DNA of 64,000 nucleotides from the NCBI GenBank assembly GCA_965202585.1, contig OZ241826.1, forward strand, positions 23,250,001 to 23,314,000. The letters run 5' to 3'. This stretch comes from Thalia democratica (Eukaryota). Below the pieces are notes generated by a model. It was not told where the DNA came from and searched no databases. It saw nothing but the letters and a program-made list of their open reading frames with translations. Every line of letters starts with the position of its first letter. The stretch's first letter is position 1. Below, piece by piece: positions 15,701-29,936 of the stretch. Position numbers and translations under genes: made by a program.

Positions 15701-18700
15701 AAAAATTTTTCAAATGACTCTACATCTAAAAACTTTTATATACACATAAAACAATTTATGAAATTTCAACAAAAACCTAAAAGTTTTTAAGTTTATACCA
15801 GGCTTCAAAATTGTTTTTATTTCAGTTATTGTTTTTATTTTTTTCTAACTTTTAAACTTACTTCTTTAATCAGGGATGTCCAATCTGGTCCGAATGGGGA
15901 TTGTGGAGCAACTGCTCGGTGCCATGCAACGGAGGATACAGGACCAGGGAGAGAGTTTGCATCAGAGGAAACAGCGGTGACCTCGGATGCGGAGGTGCTT
16001 CCATCGAACAAGAATTCTGCAACAACTTCGTTAGTTTTGTTTATATAGAAAAATAACCAATTTTTTTAATTACTATAGTATTCGTGTTATTATTGCAAAC
16101 AATAAACATTTTTGAATTAATCGATGTTTGACATAAACAACATCCTGCAACTACATAAATAAAATTAGATAGTTTCACTTGTACTTGCTACATAAAACCC
16201 TATTCTTCTAAATGAACATCAATACTTTTAACTGAAATATTTAATTAATAACAGAGATGCCCATACTACTCCGACTGGACTGCCTACTCGCCGTGCGACG
16301 TTTCGTGCGGAGGCGGAGTGGAAGTCAGGAGGAGGATCTGCATGAGCGACACCGAGGACGCGTGCGACTCCATCGACGGAGGCGAGTTCGACTTTGTCTC
16401 GTGCAACGACAAGGCTTGCCCCTTCTGGAGCGAATGGAGCGCATACGGAGAGTGCTCGCAGCCTTGCGACGGCGGCAGGAGGTACAGGACCAGGGACTGC
16501 GTCAACGGAGTGTCCGGAGACATCGGCTGCGACCAGGGATCGTTCATCGAATCCGATGGTTGCAACGAACAAGTTTGTTTTCACGCATTTGGAGAATTTT
16601 TTACTTAACAAAAACAAAAAATTAATTGAAACATCAAAAATTCATTTTAATAGTATAAATATAAAACCCTGTTGCTAAAATATACTTTAAGATAAAAATC
16701 ACAATTGATAACAAATTATAAGAATTTTTATAAACACTTTTACAACAGCGATGCGCAATGTGGGACGGATGGACTGCATGGTCCGAATGTTCAAGAACTT
16801 GCGGCGAGGGAGTCCAGACCCACATGAGATCTTGCCTCTTTGGCGAGCAAGGCGACCAGGGTTGTCAGGGCGACGCCTTCGAGTCCAGGTCGTGCACCGT
16901 CAAGGTGTGCCCCTTCTGGATCCAGTGGAGCCAGTGGTCGGAATGCTCAGCCAGCTGTGACGGCGGCAGCAAGACCAGGTTCCGCCAGTGCAGGAACGGA
17001 CCGGCCGGCGAGGGCAACTGCGACGGCAGCGACGTCGAGACCGTTGCCTGCAACACCCAGGACTGCGTCAGCTGGTCGCAGTGGACCGCCTACTCCGCTT
17101 GCTCCGTTTCGTGCGGTGTGGGCAGCAAGACGAGGCAGAGGTTCTGCGTGAACGGCGAGCAAGGAGACGCCGGGTGTTTGGGAGATGTGACCCACCAGAT
17201 CGGTTGCTACGAGAGGGCGTGCCCCTACCTCACCCAGTGGTCGGCTTTCTCTGCTTGCTCTGTGTCGTGCGGAGGAGGTGTCATGTCAAGGAACAGGGAG
17301 TGCATGAACGTTGAGAACAACAACGATCCAATGTGCATGGACCTCAACGAAGTTGCTCCTTGCAACACACAGGTATGAATATCTAACATATACTTTATAA
17401 CAAAACTTTAATTTTTTTTTGAGTTCTTCTGTTAGTCGATCTATTGTGATAATTGAAAAGTTGAAAATTTTTGTCAAAAATTACTTTATGATTAAACTTT
17501 ACTTTAAAAAATAATTCAGCTAAAAGTTATTATTAGTACTTTACGTAATTAATTTCAAATAAGATAACACTGACATCTTATTTTCAATTCAGGCTTGCCC
17601 AGTTTGGTCAGTGTGGTCTGACATGTCTGCTTGCTCAGCATCTTGCGGCGACGGAATCAAGATGAGGTCGAGGTCTTGCATCGGTGGAGTCGCCGGTATG
17701 GCCGGATGCACCGGACCCGTCAACGAACAAGAAGCCTGCAACGAAAGAGTAAGTTACTTTTTATTGTTACAGTTTTTTTTAAATGTTTAACTGTAGAGTC
17801 TTGTATTACACACATGTTTAGTTCTATAAGCTTATTTGTAAAGTTTTATTTGTCCAGAAAAAAACTGTAAGCTTAAAAAGCTTTAGAACATAATAATCAA
17901 GAAACTTTAAAACTAATTAGCCGTAAAATGTACAAAAAAATATATAAATGACGTAACAAAGAAACTTGATGAAACAATTATAACAGACATGTCCATTCTG
18001 GGACAACTGGAGTGAATACAGCGCATGTTCTGTGACTTGCGGATACGGAATGAGAAGGAGGACCAGGGACTGCATTCTCGGAAACCCAGGTGAGGGACTC
18101 TGTCAAGGATACGCCACCGAAGAAGAATCTTGCACTCAAGATGTAAGTATTTCAACTACTACTTAAAAAAAATTAATCGAAGTAATTTAAAGAATAAAAA
18201 ATAATATTGACTTCAAATTAACTTGTACATAAATTTATCTTCTTACTAACTACTTCATATCACAGTCTTGCGCATACTGGACGCAATGGAGCGATTTCGA
18301 GCCATGCTCGGTGTCATGCGGTGGAGGAGTCCAATCGAGAGGAAGGGATTGCAGGAACGCTATGGTGTCCGATGAAGAGTGCGGTGGAGGTGACAGAACC
18401 GAAACCAGATCTTGCAATGTCGAGGTAAGACTTTTTTAATTAAGTACATTTTTTTAGAAAATAACTTTACTTTTAAACTATTACATATAATAAACAACAT
18501 TTTTTACTAATATCTGTTCAAAAACATTAACAAAAAAAATCTTTTTCCCGCCAAGGCTTTGTACTTATAAATGAATACTAATTACTAATATTTCCCCTTT
18601 CTTTTAGGACTGTCCATTCTGGTCACAGTACAGCGAAGGATCGGCCTGCACCGTTTCATGCGGAGGCGGAGTAACCACCAAATCCCGCCGCTGCATCAAC

Positions 18701-21700
18701 GGTATCCAGGGCATGATCGGTTGCCAGGGACCCGAGCAGGTCAGCATGCCCTGCAACGAGGACCCTTGCCCGTACTTCGCGCCATGGCAACCGTGGGGAG
18801 CCTGCTCGCTGTCGTGCGGTGGAGGCACCAGGTCACGTGGCAGGAACTGCATCAACGGCATGGTCGGAATGCTCGGATGCATTGGAGAAGAGATGGAAAT
18901 GGAAGCTTGCAACACTGAGGTATGGATTCAATTATATTTTAAACAGCTTTCAATTATAAGTATGTATAAGTGCTGAAAACTCAAAGTTCACTTTTTATGT
19001 AAATATGTTCGACGTTCTACCAGATCTAGACCTTAAACATAGATAATACATTAAAAATGAACAAACTTATTTGAAAAATAAAATAACGACTGACTTTAAA
19101 GCAGCTAAAAGGTATTAAAAAAGTTTTTAACAAATATTACCTTAAAGGCCTGCCCAATGTGGTCGATGTGGAGCGAATGGGACGAGTGCCCTGTCAGGTG
19201 CAATGGAGGCCAACAACGCAGAACGAGGTCCTGCATGAACGGTCACCCAGGAGAGCAGGGATGCGACGTGGGCAGCAGCACCGAAGTGAGGGCATGCGCC
19301 ACCGAGGAGTGCGAGTACTGGGAGTTCTGGAGCACGTGGTCGGCGTGCAGCGAGACTTGCGGCAGGGGACAGAGGACCAGGTCGAGGTCTTGCGTCAACG
19401 GAATGCCCGGAGACATCAACTGCCAGGGAGGCACCTTGGACGTCGAACCGTGTCAAGAAGGAGTTAGTTTATTGTTATGTTCTGTTAAATGGTGTTTAAA
19501 CATTTCTTTCAAGATTAAAGATGTCTTAAAGATTTTAAGAAATCAATCGATGTATTTTAAAATTTAAATTGAAGATTTTGAAAAACAGTTTTAAATGGCA
19601 TGATCACAAAAATCAAGTTAAATAAGTTACGATCATCTCAAATATATATTGGAAACATATTTCTAAAGAAATAAATCAACTTTTAGGACTGCGCTTTCTG
19701 GCAAGACTGGACCGAGTGGGGCGACTGCTCCGCCACCTGCGGCATGGCGCGCCGCGTGCGCATCAGGTCGTGCTACAATGGCATGCCGGGCGACGAGGGA
19801 TGCGAGGGACTGGACTACGGCATGGAGGTGTGCGACTTCAAGCCGTGCCCGGTGTGGTCGGCCTACGCCAACTGGACCGAGTGCTCGGTGTCGTGCGGAC
19901 AGGGAACCCACATGAGGATGAGGGAGTGCCTGAACGGCGTGCCCGGTGACATCGGTTGCGAGGGAGTGGCTGAAGAACAAGCTCTTTGCAACAGCCAAGT
20001 GAGTATTTTGGCTTTTACAGTAAAAAATGACTTAATTTTTTTTTTTTTTTAATTTATTCTCAAAACATTTTCATGGATAGTTTTATTTAAATTTAAACTA
20101 AAAAAGATCTTTTTTAAAATATCTATAAACATTTAAAATGTTTATTTTTTCTTGTACGGTCTAAATACAAGTATCTAACTTTTTTCTTCATTACAGCCAT
20201 GCCCACAATTTTCGAGCTGGTCACCTGAAGGAGAGTGCTCTGACACTTGCGGAGGAGGATTCGCTCTGAAGAAGCGTGTCTGCCTGAACGGAATCGTCGG
20301 AGAGGTCGGATGCCAAGGAGCGCTACAGGATCTCACCACTTGCAACACTCAAGTTTGTATTACATAATTTGTAGAAAAACTTTAAAAACATACTTATACT
20401 TAAAATCAATTATCAAATAAGTTTCTTAAACAAATTAAAGTGTTTATATGCGTCGAATCTTACAAAAAAGCATTTTGAAACTCAAGATATGTTTAACCAT
20501 TTTCAATTACCTTTATCTGAAACGAGTTTGTCCTGAAAGCCACATGTTATTAATTATCCTAAATTTATACATTACTCTTTCATATTTTTAAATACTATTT
20601 CATAAACTCAGGACTGTCCAACCTTCACCAACTGGGGACAATGGTCCGAGTGCAGCGCCACTTGCGGAGATTCGCAGAGAGTGAGGAACAGGAGGTGCTT
20701 GAACGGAAACTCCGGAATGCTCGGATGCGTCGGAGAGACGCAAGAAATGGAAGCTTGCGCCTCAAGAGTGAGTTGCTTGTTTTTATTATTATTATTATTA
20801 AGTTTATTGTCCAACGAAGGACCTAGGCATTAAAACCTAAGCCACTTAAACTGAAAGACACTAACATAAAAAGAAAAAACAAATTCCGATTCCGTTTAAT
20901 TACAATAAAGTTGGTTAAAATTGTACCAAAAAGCTACTTGTGTTTTTTTGTAATGACTTTATGTTAAACTGAAGTTGGAATTTTTGAATAGAGTTTGTTA
21001 TATAGTTATTATAACTTTAACTAAAAGTTAGTTAAAGTAAACCATTAAAAACATTTTTGTGTTTTGAACTTTAAGTTTTTATTAAGAAACTTAAATCATT
21101 TCAGCTAATGACTAAACATGATACCAATGAACAGTACTTTTATAAATAAATTATCACAGGAATGTCCAGTCTACTCAACATGGACGGCATGGGGCAGCTG
21201 CAGTGCAACTTGCGGAGAAGGAGTCATGATCAGGTCCAGGAGGTGCACAGACTTCAACGGTTGCGAGTCACTCGGATCCGCCACTGAAGAAAAACCATGC
21301 GCTGTCGGAGTTAGTTTGACTTGATAAATATTAGCTAATAAAAACAGCTTTAATTATATAGTTAAAGATTAAAACGCTACAGTCTAAAACGATCGCATAT
21401 TTGCACAATAATTTGAAAAATAACTTACATTTTTTTTAAATACTTAAATAATTGAACAAGATAGTTCAAATGTTACGTCATAACTGTTTAATTAAAATAA
21501 AGCTCAAAATAAAATGCGTTGGCTTTCCTAAAACTAGCAAACTAAAATTCAAGCAAATCTTAATAACTAAACCTCAAATTTACCAAAACAGAACTGCCCG
21601 TACTTCTCGCAATGGGCCGACTGGTCGTCTTGCACGGTCACTTGCGGCGGGGGAACCCAGAACAGGAACCGCAGGTGCGTCAACGGCAACGTCAACGAGA

Positions 21701-24700
21701 TCGGGTGCTTGGGAGAAACGTTCGAGACGAGGTCGTGCGGCAGGGAGACGTGCCCGCTGTGGTCGCAGTGGAGCGAGTGGGGAGCGTGCTCTGTGACGTG
21801 CAACGGCGGAGTGAGGTCTCACTCGAGGACGTGCGTCAACGGCATCGCCGGACAGAGGGGATGCGTCGGACCGGAGACAGAAGAAGAACTCTGTAACTAC
21901 AACGTTAGCTTGTTTTAATAATTGATAAATGTCCTAAGCAACATACTAGTACTTTTTTTATTAACTCCTTATAGAATACAGTATTAATTAATAATTTTAA
22001 AGTAAGCTTATTTTTATAAAATTTTTTTAACATTTAAAGCAACACATCAGTATTTTTTCACAACTTCTTTTAATACACAGACTTAAACAAGTAAATTAAA
22101 TAACTATTTTAAGCAAGGTTGTTTGAAAATACAAATTTTGTACATATTTTATAAAACTCTAAATTATCAAAATTCCAGGCTTGTCCTTACTGGACCGAAT
22201 GGACCAAGTCTGCATGCTCAGTGACTTGCGGAACCGGATTCGAAATTCACCAGCGTCAATGCTTGAACGGCGAGCCGGGACAAGTTGGATGCGAAGGAGA
22301 AAATATCAAACAAGCCACTTGCGCTACCAACGTCAGTTGAAACTTTTATTGTTTTTTTATATAGTTATAGCTTATGAAAATAAACTTAATCTTCAAATAC
22401 ATGCAAAAATAAAGTAAGTTAAAATAAAGCACTAAATTTTATTTAAAACATAGACTTTTTTTTAAGTTTCGTGTATTCTAGTTTGAAAAAGTAACTAAGT
22501 CATTTATAGAAGACAAAGTATAAATGATTTATTTTTATATCCAGCCATGCCCTATAAGCGCACCAACTCCGTGGTCCGACTGCAGCAAGTCGTGCGGAGG
22601 CGGAGTGCAGTACAGGACTTTCGACTGCACGGCCGGAGGAATGCCAGCTCCGTTCTACCAGTGCGAGGGATCGGTACAGAGAGAAGAGAGGGCCTGCAAC
22701 ACTGAACTGTGCGAGTCGTGGGCTTTCTGGTCGCCGTGGACTCCGTGCTCGTCATCGTGCGGACGTGGTTCGAGGACCAGGACGAGGACTTGCGACAACG
22801 GAGAGGCCGGAGATGCCGGATGCCAGGGCGAGAGCTTCGAGTTCGACATGTGCATCCACGGAGTTAGTTTTTTGTGTGAATATTAAAAAGCAGCAATTTT
22901 TTATGATCTTAAAATAACACCATACGTACAATTTTATAAACATCTTTTTGAAAACACAGCAATTTTTATGGCCTCAAAAATCTTTTTTTTGGTACTTATG
23001 ATCGTTTTCAACTGACATAGGCTAGCAAGTTACAAGATTTTAAACTCACAACAATTTTCAGGACTGTCCATTCTGGGGAGAATGGAACGAGTGGGGACCG
23101 TGCGACAAGACTTGCGGCGCAGGAACCCGCGTGCACACCAGGTCGTGCGTGAACGGCGAACAAGGAGAAGAAGGTTGCAAGGGAGCGACGGCAGAACGCG
23201 CCGCGTGCAACACCCAAGCGTGCCCGTCATGGACAATGTGGTCCGCGTACGGAGCTTGCTCTGTGTCATGCGGTGGCGGAACCCAGATGAGGGGAAGGCA
23301 GTGCAACAACGGAGTGGCCGGACAGCCCGGATGCGACGGCATGGCGTCTCAAGAGAGGTACTGCAACGGACAGGTGTGCCCGCACTGGTCGGCGTGGGCC
23401 GAGTACGGAGCGTGCAGCAAGTCGTGCGACGGCGGCGTTGCCACCAGGAGCAGGGTTTGCTTGAACGGAGACGCCGGAATGGCCGGTTGCGACGGTGACG
23501 TTATGCAACTCGAACCATGCAACTCTGCTGTGAGTTTACGATCAACATAGCTTCAACAAATAGTTTTGTTGGCGAAAAAAACTTAACCTTTTGATAAATA
23601 AAACTACTTTATTAAAAAGATTGTTTTTATGAAAATGTATTAAACTATAAGTTCTATTTAACTCTAAAATATAGTCAACAAGCTATAAGTATGCATGAAA
23701 TTTATACAAAACTAATTAACAGGCTTGCGCTTCTTGGTCGATGTGGGGAGAATTCTCCGAATGTTCGAGATCTTGCAACGGTGGAGTCCGTCGCAGCTTG
23801 AGAGAATGTCTCGGCGCAATCGGAAGCTGCCCAGGTAGCAACGAAAAAACCGAAAACTGCAACCAACAGGTAGAAAACAAAAAAAAATCATTACTGCTTT
23901 ACTATTTAATGCAACTAAAAGCTAAAGCAAAACAATTCAATAGTTTACTTTGATTAAACTTATGATAAATAGCAAATGATTTTGATAACAAAATTATTCT
24001 TTATTTAATACTAACCGTACAACAACAAAAAAATCAACTTGAACAAACCAACGTAGGCATGCGCATCCTACTCCGAATGGTCCATGTGGTCATCGTGCAG
24101 CGTCAGTTGCGGCATGGGAGTGAGGACGCACATGCGCGCTTGCGACGGAGGCATCGCCGGATCGGACTGCCAGGGACCCCAGATGGAAGAGGAGTCGTGC
24201 ATCGTTCAGCTGTGCGCTTCGTGGTCGATGTGGGGATCGTGGGGCGGATGCAGCGCCACTTGCGGCGCGGGCGTCAGGAGCCACTCCAGGGACTGCCTCA
24301 ACGGCGACATTGGTGACGACGGTTGCCAGGGCAACGCGGTCGAGATCGCTCCATGCGTGCTTACAGTGAGTCAACAAACTTTTTTAAATCTTAAGCACAT
24401 TGATTTTAATTAAACACTTTATACAACTTATAACTTTAAGACTCAAAGTATTAATTTTTTGTGTAGAAATGGGTAAGAGTCAAAACAATAAACAGTTTTA
24501 ACTTATAAAAAAAAGAACTAATCTTAATAATAAATCCTAATAACCCTTTTCTTTTAGCCCGACTGTCCAGTTAAATACTCATGGGCCCAATGGAGCTCGT
24601 GCTCGAAATCATGCGACGTTGGAAAGAGAACCAGAGAGAGGATCTGCACCGATGAACAGACCAGAGACGAGTGCGAAGGACTTCCAGCTCAGGAAGAAGC

Positions 24701-27700
24701 CTGCAATGAACATGTAAGTTGTTGAGAAAGTAAAAATAAGTCTTCAAAATTTCAAAACCAAAGTAATGTTTTTTCATAGTATTTTTTTATTCTATTTATA
24801 CCAGGCCAAACTTGTATACAGTTCATTAATATGCGATGTTAGCCATCAATTTTTTAAGCTTTTTAACAAGTTGTTATAAACTCTAAACATAAATATTTTT
24901 AGAAATTTAAACCCCCGTATTTAAACAGGCTTGCCCAAGATGGTCGATGTGGACTATGTGGACCGAGTGCTCGGCCTCTTGCGCCGGCGGAAACCGCAAC
25001 AGGCAGAGGGAGTGCCTCAACGGCAACCCTGGCGACAGCGGCTGCCTCGGAAACACCATCGAGATGGACGTGTGCAACCAGCAGGCGTGCGCAGCTTGGA
25101 CAATGTGGACCGTGTGGATGCCTTGTTCTGTCACTTGCGGTAACGGTTACGAGTTGTACAGGAGGGACTGCAATGAAGGAGTCGAAGGCGATATCGGTTG
25201 CGAGGGCAGCAGAGTAGAGTACAGAGAATGTGGAAACACTGTTAGTTTATATTCAATTAAACTTATTCACTACATTTTTCAACATTTTTTTGTGGAAGTT
25301 AAACATGTTTAGTTAAAACTTTTCAAACTTTTTAGCTGAAGCTTCAATTTTGTGAGCAATTTCGTTTTTTCAAACAAAACTCATAAAATGTGTTCAAGGG
25401 TAAATAAACTTAAAGCAAGCATAACACAACGATTATAACTAAAACTTATATTTAGCAAACACATAGTAACCACGTTAACTCATACCAGATGTCACTGTGC
25501 CCAATGTGGAGCCAATGGAACAGATGGACGGTTTGCACCGCTTCATGCGGAGGCGGACTTAGAACCAGAGACAGGACTTGTTTGAACGGTGAAGCCGGCG
25601 ACCAGGGATGCGAAGGAGACTTGAACATGGTCGAAACTTGCAATGTCAAGGTTTATTGTTAAAACTTAATTGAGAAAATTTCACTAGATATATATTTTAA
25701 TCAAGTACTTAAATTATGCAAAACAGCAACCATTAATTACAAACTATTATGTATAACGTATGTTTTAAATTTGTGAAAACATTAATACTAATAAGACATA
25801 AAATTAAGTTTCAAATGTGTTATAAAAATTACTTACAAATTTTAATCAAAGTACCCTAGACAAATTATTTTAAAACATTTTTGTTATAATCATTGACATA
25901 ACCAAACAGAGTTGCCCAATGCTCTCAGCATGGGGAGAATGGGGATCTTGCAGCGTGTCGTGCGGAGGCGGATCCAGGATGCACTACAGAACCTGCTCTG
26001 AGGAGGGTGGTTGCGGAAACGTGGCCTTGTCCGAATCTCAATCCTGCAACTCCCAGGACTGCCCGCTGTGGTCGGTGTGGGGAGAATGGAGCGAGTGCAG
26101 CACCACTTGCGGACCGGGCGTGAGGTCTCACACCAGGGTTTGCATCAACGGAGATCCAGGAATGGCCGGATGCGTCGGAGCCTCGTTCGAAGAAGGAGAA
26201 TGCTCTGGAAGCGTGAGTAGTTTGTCTAAAAAAAATTAAATATATTTTTAAGAAAAAGTTCAAGTAAAAGTATTACGATGCTAAAATAAAGTTTAATATA
26301 TTGTATAGAATCATGATTAAGTCTTAATTCACTAAACAGGTTTGTGCTTACTGGAGCGCATACGGACCATCAGGACAATGTTCAGTTACCTGCGGAGGAG
26401 GTATGTCGACCGCGTACAGAACTTGCATCAACGGTGAAGAAGGAGACGCCGGTTGCGAAGGATCAGTAATGAGAGTCACCACTTGTAACTCTCAGGTAAG
26501 ATATATTTCATTGATTTAAAAGTTCGACTCTCAAATGTATAAATTTCCTCCTGTTCGGTATATATCGAGTCTTTTTTTTAATAAAATAAAATAAAGTTTT
26601 TAAATAACTAATTTTCTTGATTGATTTCAAACTTTAGCAGTTTAAATACCTCAGTACTAGTCATTTTTATTACTTACTACTACTTTTGTAACAGCAATGT
26701 CCATTCTGGGGCGATTGGGAGAACTGGAGCGAGTGCTCGCACGAGTGCGGCGGAGGACTGCGCACAAGGAGCAGGAGGTGCAGATTCGGAGTGTTCGGAC
26801 AACCCGGATGCACCGGAGACTACTCCGAGAGCGAAGAGTGCAACCAGGCGGCGTGCGTCGGCTGGTCCAAGTGGGGATCGTTCGGAGCGTGCTCGGTCAC
26901 TTGCGGCGCCGGAGAGCAGTCAAGGACGAGATTCTGCCCGACCAACGACTGCCCGGGATCGGGAGTCAACAGCAGGGCTTGCAACATCCAGGAGTGCCCG
27001 TACTGGAGCAACTGGAGCAGTTTCGGTCCGTGCAGCGCCTCGTGCGGCGACGGCAGCAGATCGAGGAACAGGGTGTGCATTGGAGGGGAGCCGGGCGACG
27101 TCGGTTGCCAGGGACCCACTGAGTTCGCTGAAGCTTGCAACTCACTGGTTGGTTGAAATTTTTTTAAACTTTTTTCTCAGATAATTATAATTAGAACTAC
27201 TTTTTAATAAATCTTAAAAACTTTTAAATTATCTTTTTCATTATTTTTTTTTACTATTTAGTTAACGCAATAGCATGCTGGTCAAAACTACTAAACTGTT
27301 TGTTACAGATGTTTATATTAGTTCGTACTAAAATTAAAACTATTTTCACAGAGCTGCCCAGCATGGGGACTGTGGAGCGAATGGGGATCTTGCACTGCCA
27401 CTTGCGGTGCCGGATTGGAGCAGAGATCGAGATCTTGCGTCGGAGGACTTCCGGGTGACGCGGGATGCAGCGGAAGCAGAACCGAAGAAAGAGTCTGCAA
27501 CACTGCTGTATGTATTTTATATTCTGTTCAAATTGTTTTGTATAGTGAAACAGATAGATGTATTTAATATCTATCTAAGTAGTTTTCAAACTTGTATTTA
27601 GTCAAGTATAATCAAAAATAAATATTTAAACCTGATATACAAACAATACATAAAAAAAGGTAGAAACAATTGACTTTGTATAAAACTTACCTACTTTATC

Positions 27701-29936
27701 TAAAATCATTGAGTAATGTCAAGACCAAAATATTTTCTGTTTTCTTTTTAAAAACCAGCTTTAAGGTTTTGTTGCAAAGCTAAACATAAAAAAAAGCTTG
27801 AAAGCCCAAAAACTCGTAATATAATAAAAGCTGTCAAGAAATACTCAAAATAAAACTTTACACAGATTTGCGCTTCATGGAGCGACTGGACTGGATTCTC
27901 GGCTTGCAGCGAGTCATGCGGAGTCGGAATGCACACCAGAACGAGAGCTTGCAACGGAGGAAGGCCAGGCGAGCCAGGATGCGAGGGTGAAGCCATCGCC
28001 ACCGAAACTTGCAATGAAGGAGTCAGTGATATTATTTGTTTTATTTGTTTGTTAATGATTTTGTTACATGACTTATAAACTGCTGTTAACACGACTTGGT
28101 TTTCTTAGTTTTAAAAACTACTAATACTAAAGTATAGATATTAGTTATCTCTTAATGCACATTTCGTCATTAGTTAAGCTATAAAACTAATTATTTACCT
28201 TCTATTTGTAAAACACAAACTGTTTACAGGCATGCCCAATGTGGGGATTGTGGTCTGACTGGTCGTCTTGCGACAGAACTTGCGGAAACGGAATGAGAAG
28301 CCACGAGAGAAGGTGCTTGAACGGACAACCCGGAGATCTCGGTTGTTTGGGAGCTTCTGTTGAATTCGCCGACTGTGCTGAACAGGTTGGTATTAACAAT
28401 ATTAGATTATCAATGGAAAACTTTTGATTAGGTGTTTTTAGTTTCACTTTCTCAAATCGTAGAAACTAGACTTTTATAGTAATGATTACAATTAGAAACT
28501 GATAAGGTTAGCTTTTTTTTGCTTTTTAAGTGTAAACTATACAAAAACTATAATCAGATGAAAAAATAAAAATTAGAAATAAAAAAGCAAATAAAGTGTC
28601 AAGATTTTAACAAAAAACAAACTTACAGGCACCATGCCCGTTCTGGGACAACTGGGACGACTGGAGCCAATGCTCGAGAACTTGCGGAGGCGGCAACATG
28701 CAGCGCATGCGCCAGTGCGTCAACGGAGCGCAGGGCGACGAGGGGTGCATGGGCGACCAGATGGAGAACAAGGCTTGCAACACGCAGCAGTGCCCCTTCT
28801 TCTCGTCGTGGTCCGCGTGGTCGCAGTGCTCGGTGACGTGCGGCGGCGGCCAGCAGTCGCACTCGAGGCAGTGCGTGAACGGACAGGCGGGCGACATCGG
28901 GTGCGAGGGACCGGTGAGCGAGGACAGGGCTTGCAACGTGCAGCAGTGCCCGGCGTGGGGCAACTGGTTCGACTGGCAGCCGTGCAGCGCCTCGTGCGGA
29001 GCCGGAGCGCAGAGGAGGATGAGGGCCTGCAACAACGGAAACGCCGGTGACGCGGGATGCCTTGGAGACGATTCGGAGATCAGGATCTGCAACACTCAGG
29101 TATGAAAGTGTTTGTAGCAAAACAACTTCGAAAGTTAATAAAACACAAATAAAACTTTCCATTTTATATACTGTTTTTTTTATTTAGTTGGTAACTAATT
29201 TAGAGATTTTTATAACTTAATCTAAATTGGTCAGACACATTCAACTTTCTGTATTTCTTCCTAAATAAGACTGTTCAGGCATTACATGATAATTTGTATT
29301 TAACGTTATAATTTCTCCTCACAGTTGTGCCCAGGATTCTCGATGTGGAGCGAGTGGTCTGCTTGCAGCGTGACTTGCGGCGAAGGAGAAGAGAGCAGGT
29401 CGAGGACTTGCTTGAACGGAAACGCCGGCAGCTTCGGATGCGAGGGACCGTTGAACGAAAAGAGAGTCTGCCGCAACCAGGTAAGGGCTAGTTGAAATTT
29501 TAATACTTACTTCGAAATAATTGTTAACTAGTAAGTTGTTTTTATAAGTAGTGATTTTAAATTTAAGATTGCAAAATAATAAGGATTATTCAATTGTAAA
29601 TTAACATAATTTTTTGCAATAATCAAAATAAAAATCAAAGTAATTAAAAAGTTTATTAGAAAATTTTTGTATTGAAATGTATCTTTTCAAGCGCTCATTG
29701 TTGATACTTATCTAAATAGTTAAAAAACAAAATTTCTACCAATTATATATCAAATATTTTTATACAGAACTGCGTGTTCTGGAGCCAATGGACTGACTTC
29801 GGACCTTGCTCGAGATCTTGCGGTACCGGAGGAGTCCGCCAGAGGACCAGGACTTGCAACGGAGGCAACCCGGGAGATTCCGGTTGTCAGGGCAGCGCGT
29901 CTGAGATCGTTGCTTGCGAGAACGCACCTTGCCCAT
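751..29936 (+). CDS. TSP1 (thrombospondin type-1) repeat array, 87 repeats in 60 exons
   Basis: Repeat consensus xCPxWxxWxxWxxCSxxCGGGxRxRxRxCxNGxxGxxGCxGxxxExxxCNxx (~52 aa) shows the TSR Trp ladder, CSxxCG and RxR strand. There are 38 single, 18 double, 3 triple and 1 quadruple exons. Confidence 0.95.

Noticed and set aside
740-29162. Numerous antisense and alternate-frame ORFs over the TSR exons (e.g. 7333-7641 -, 28607-29095 -, 23082-23498 +)
   Set aside because: They are shadows of GC-rich, stop-poor exons, coincide with the true exons and carry no independent motifs.
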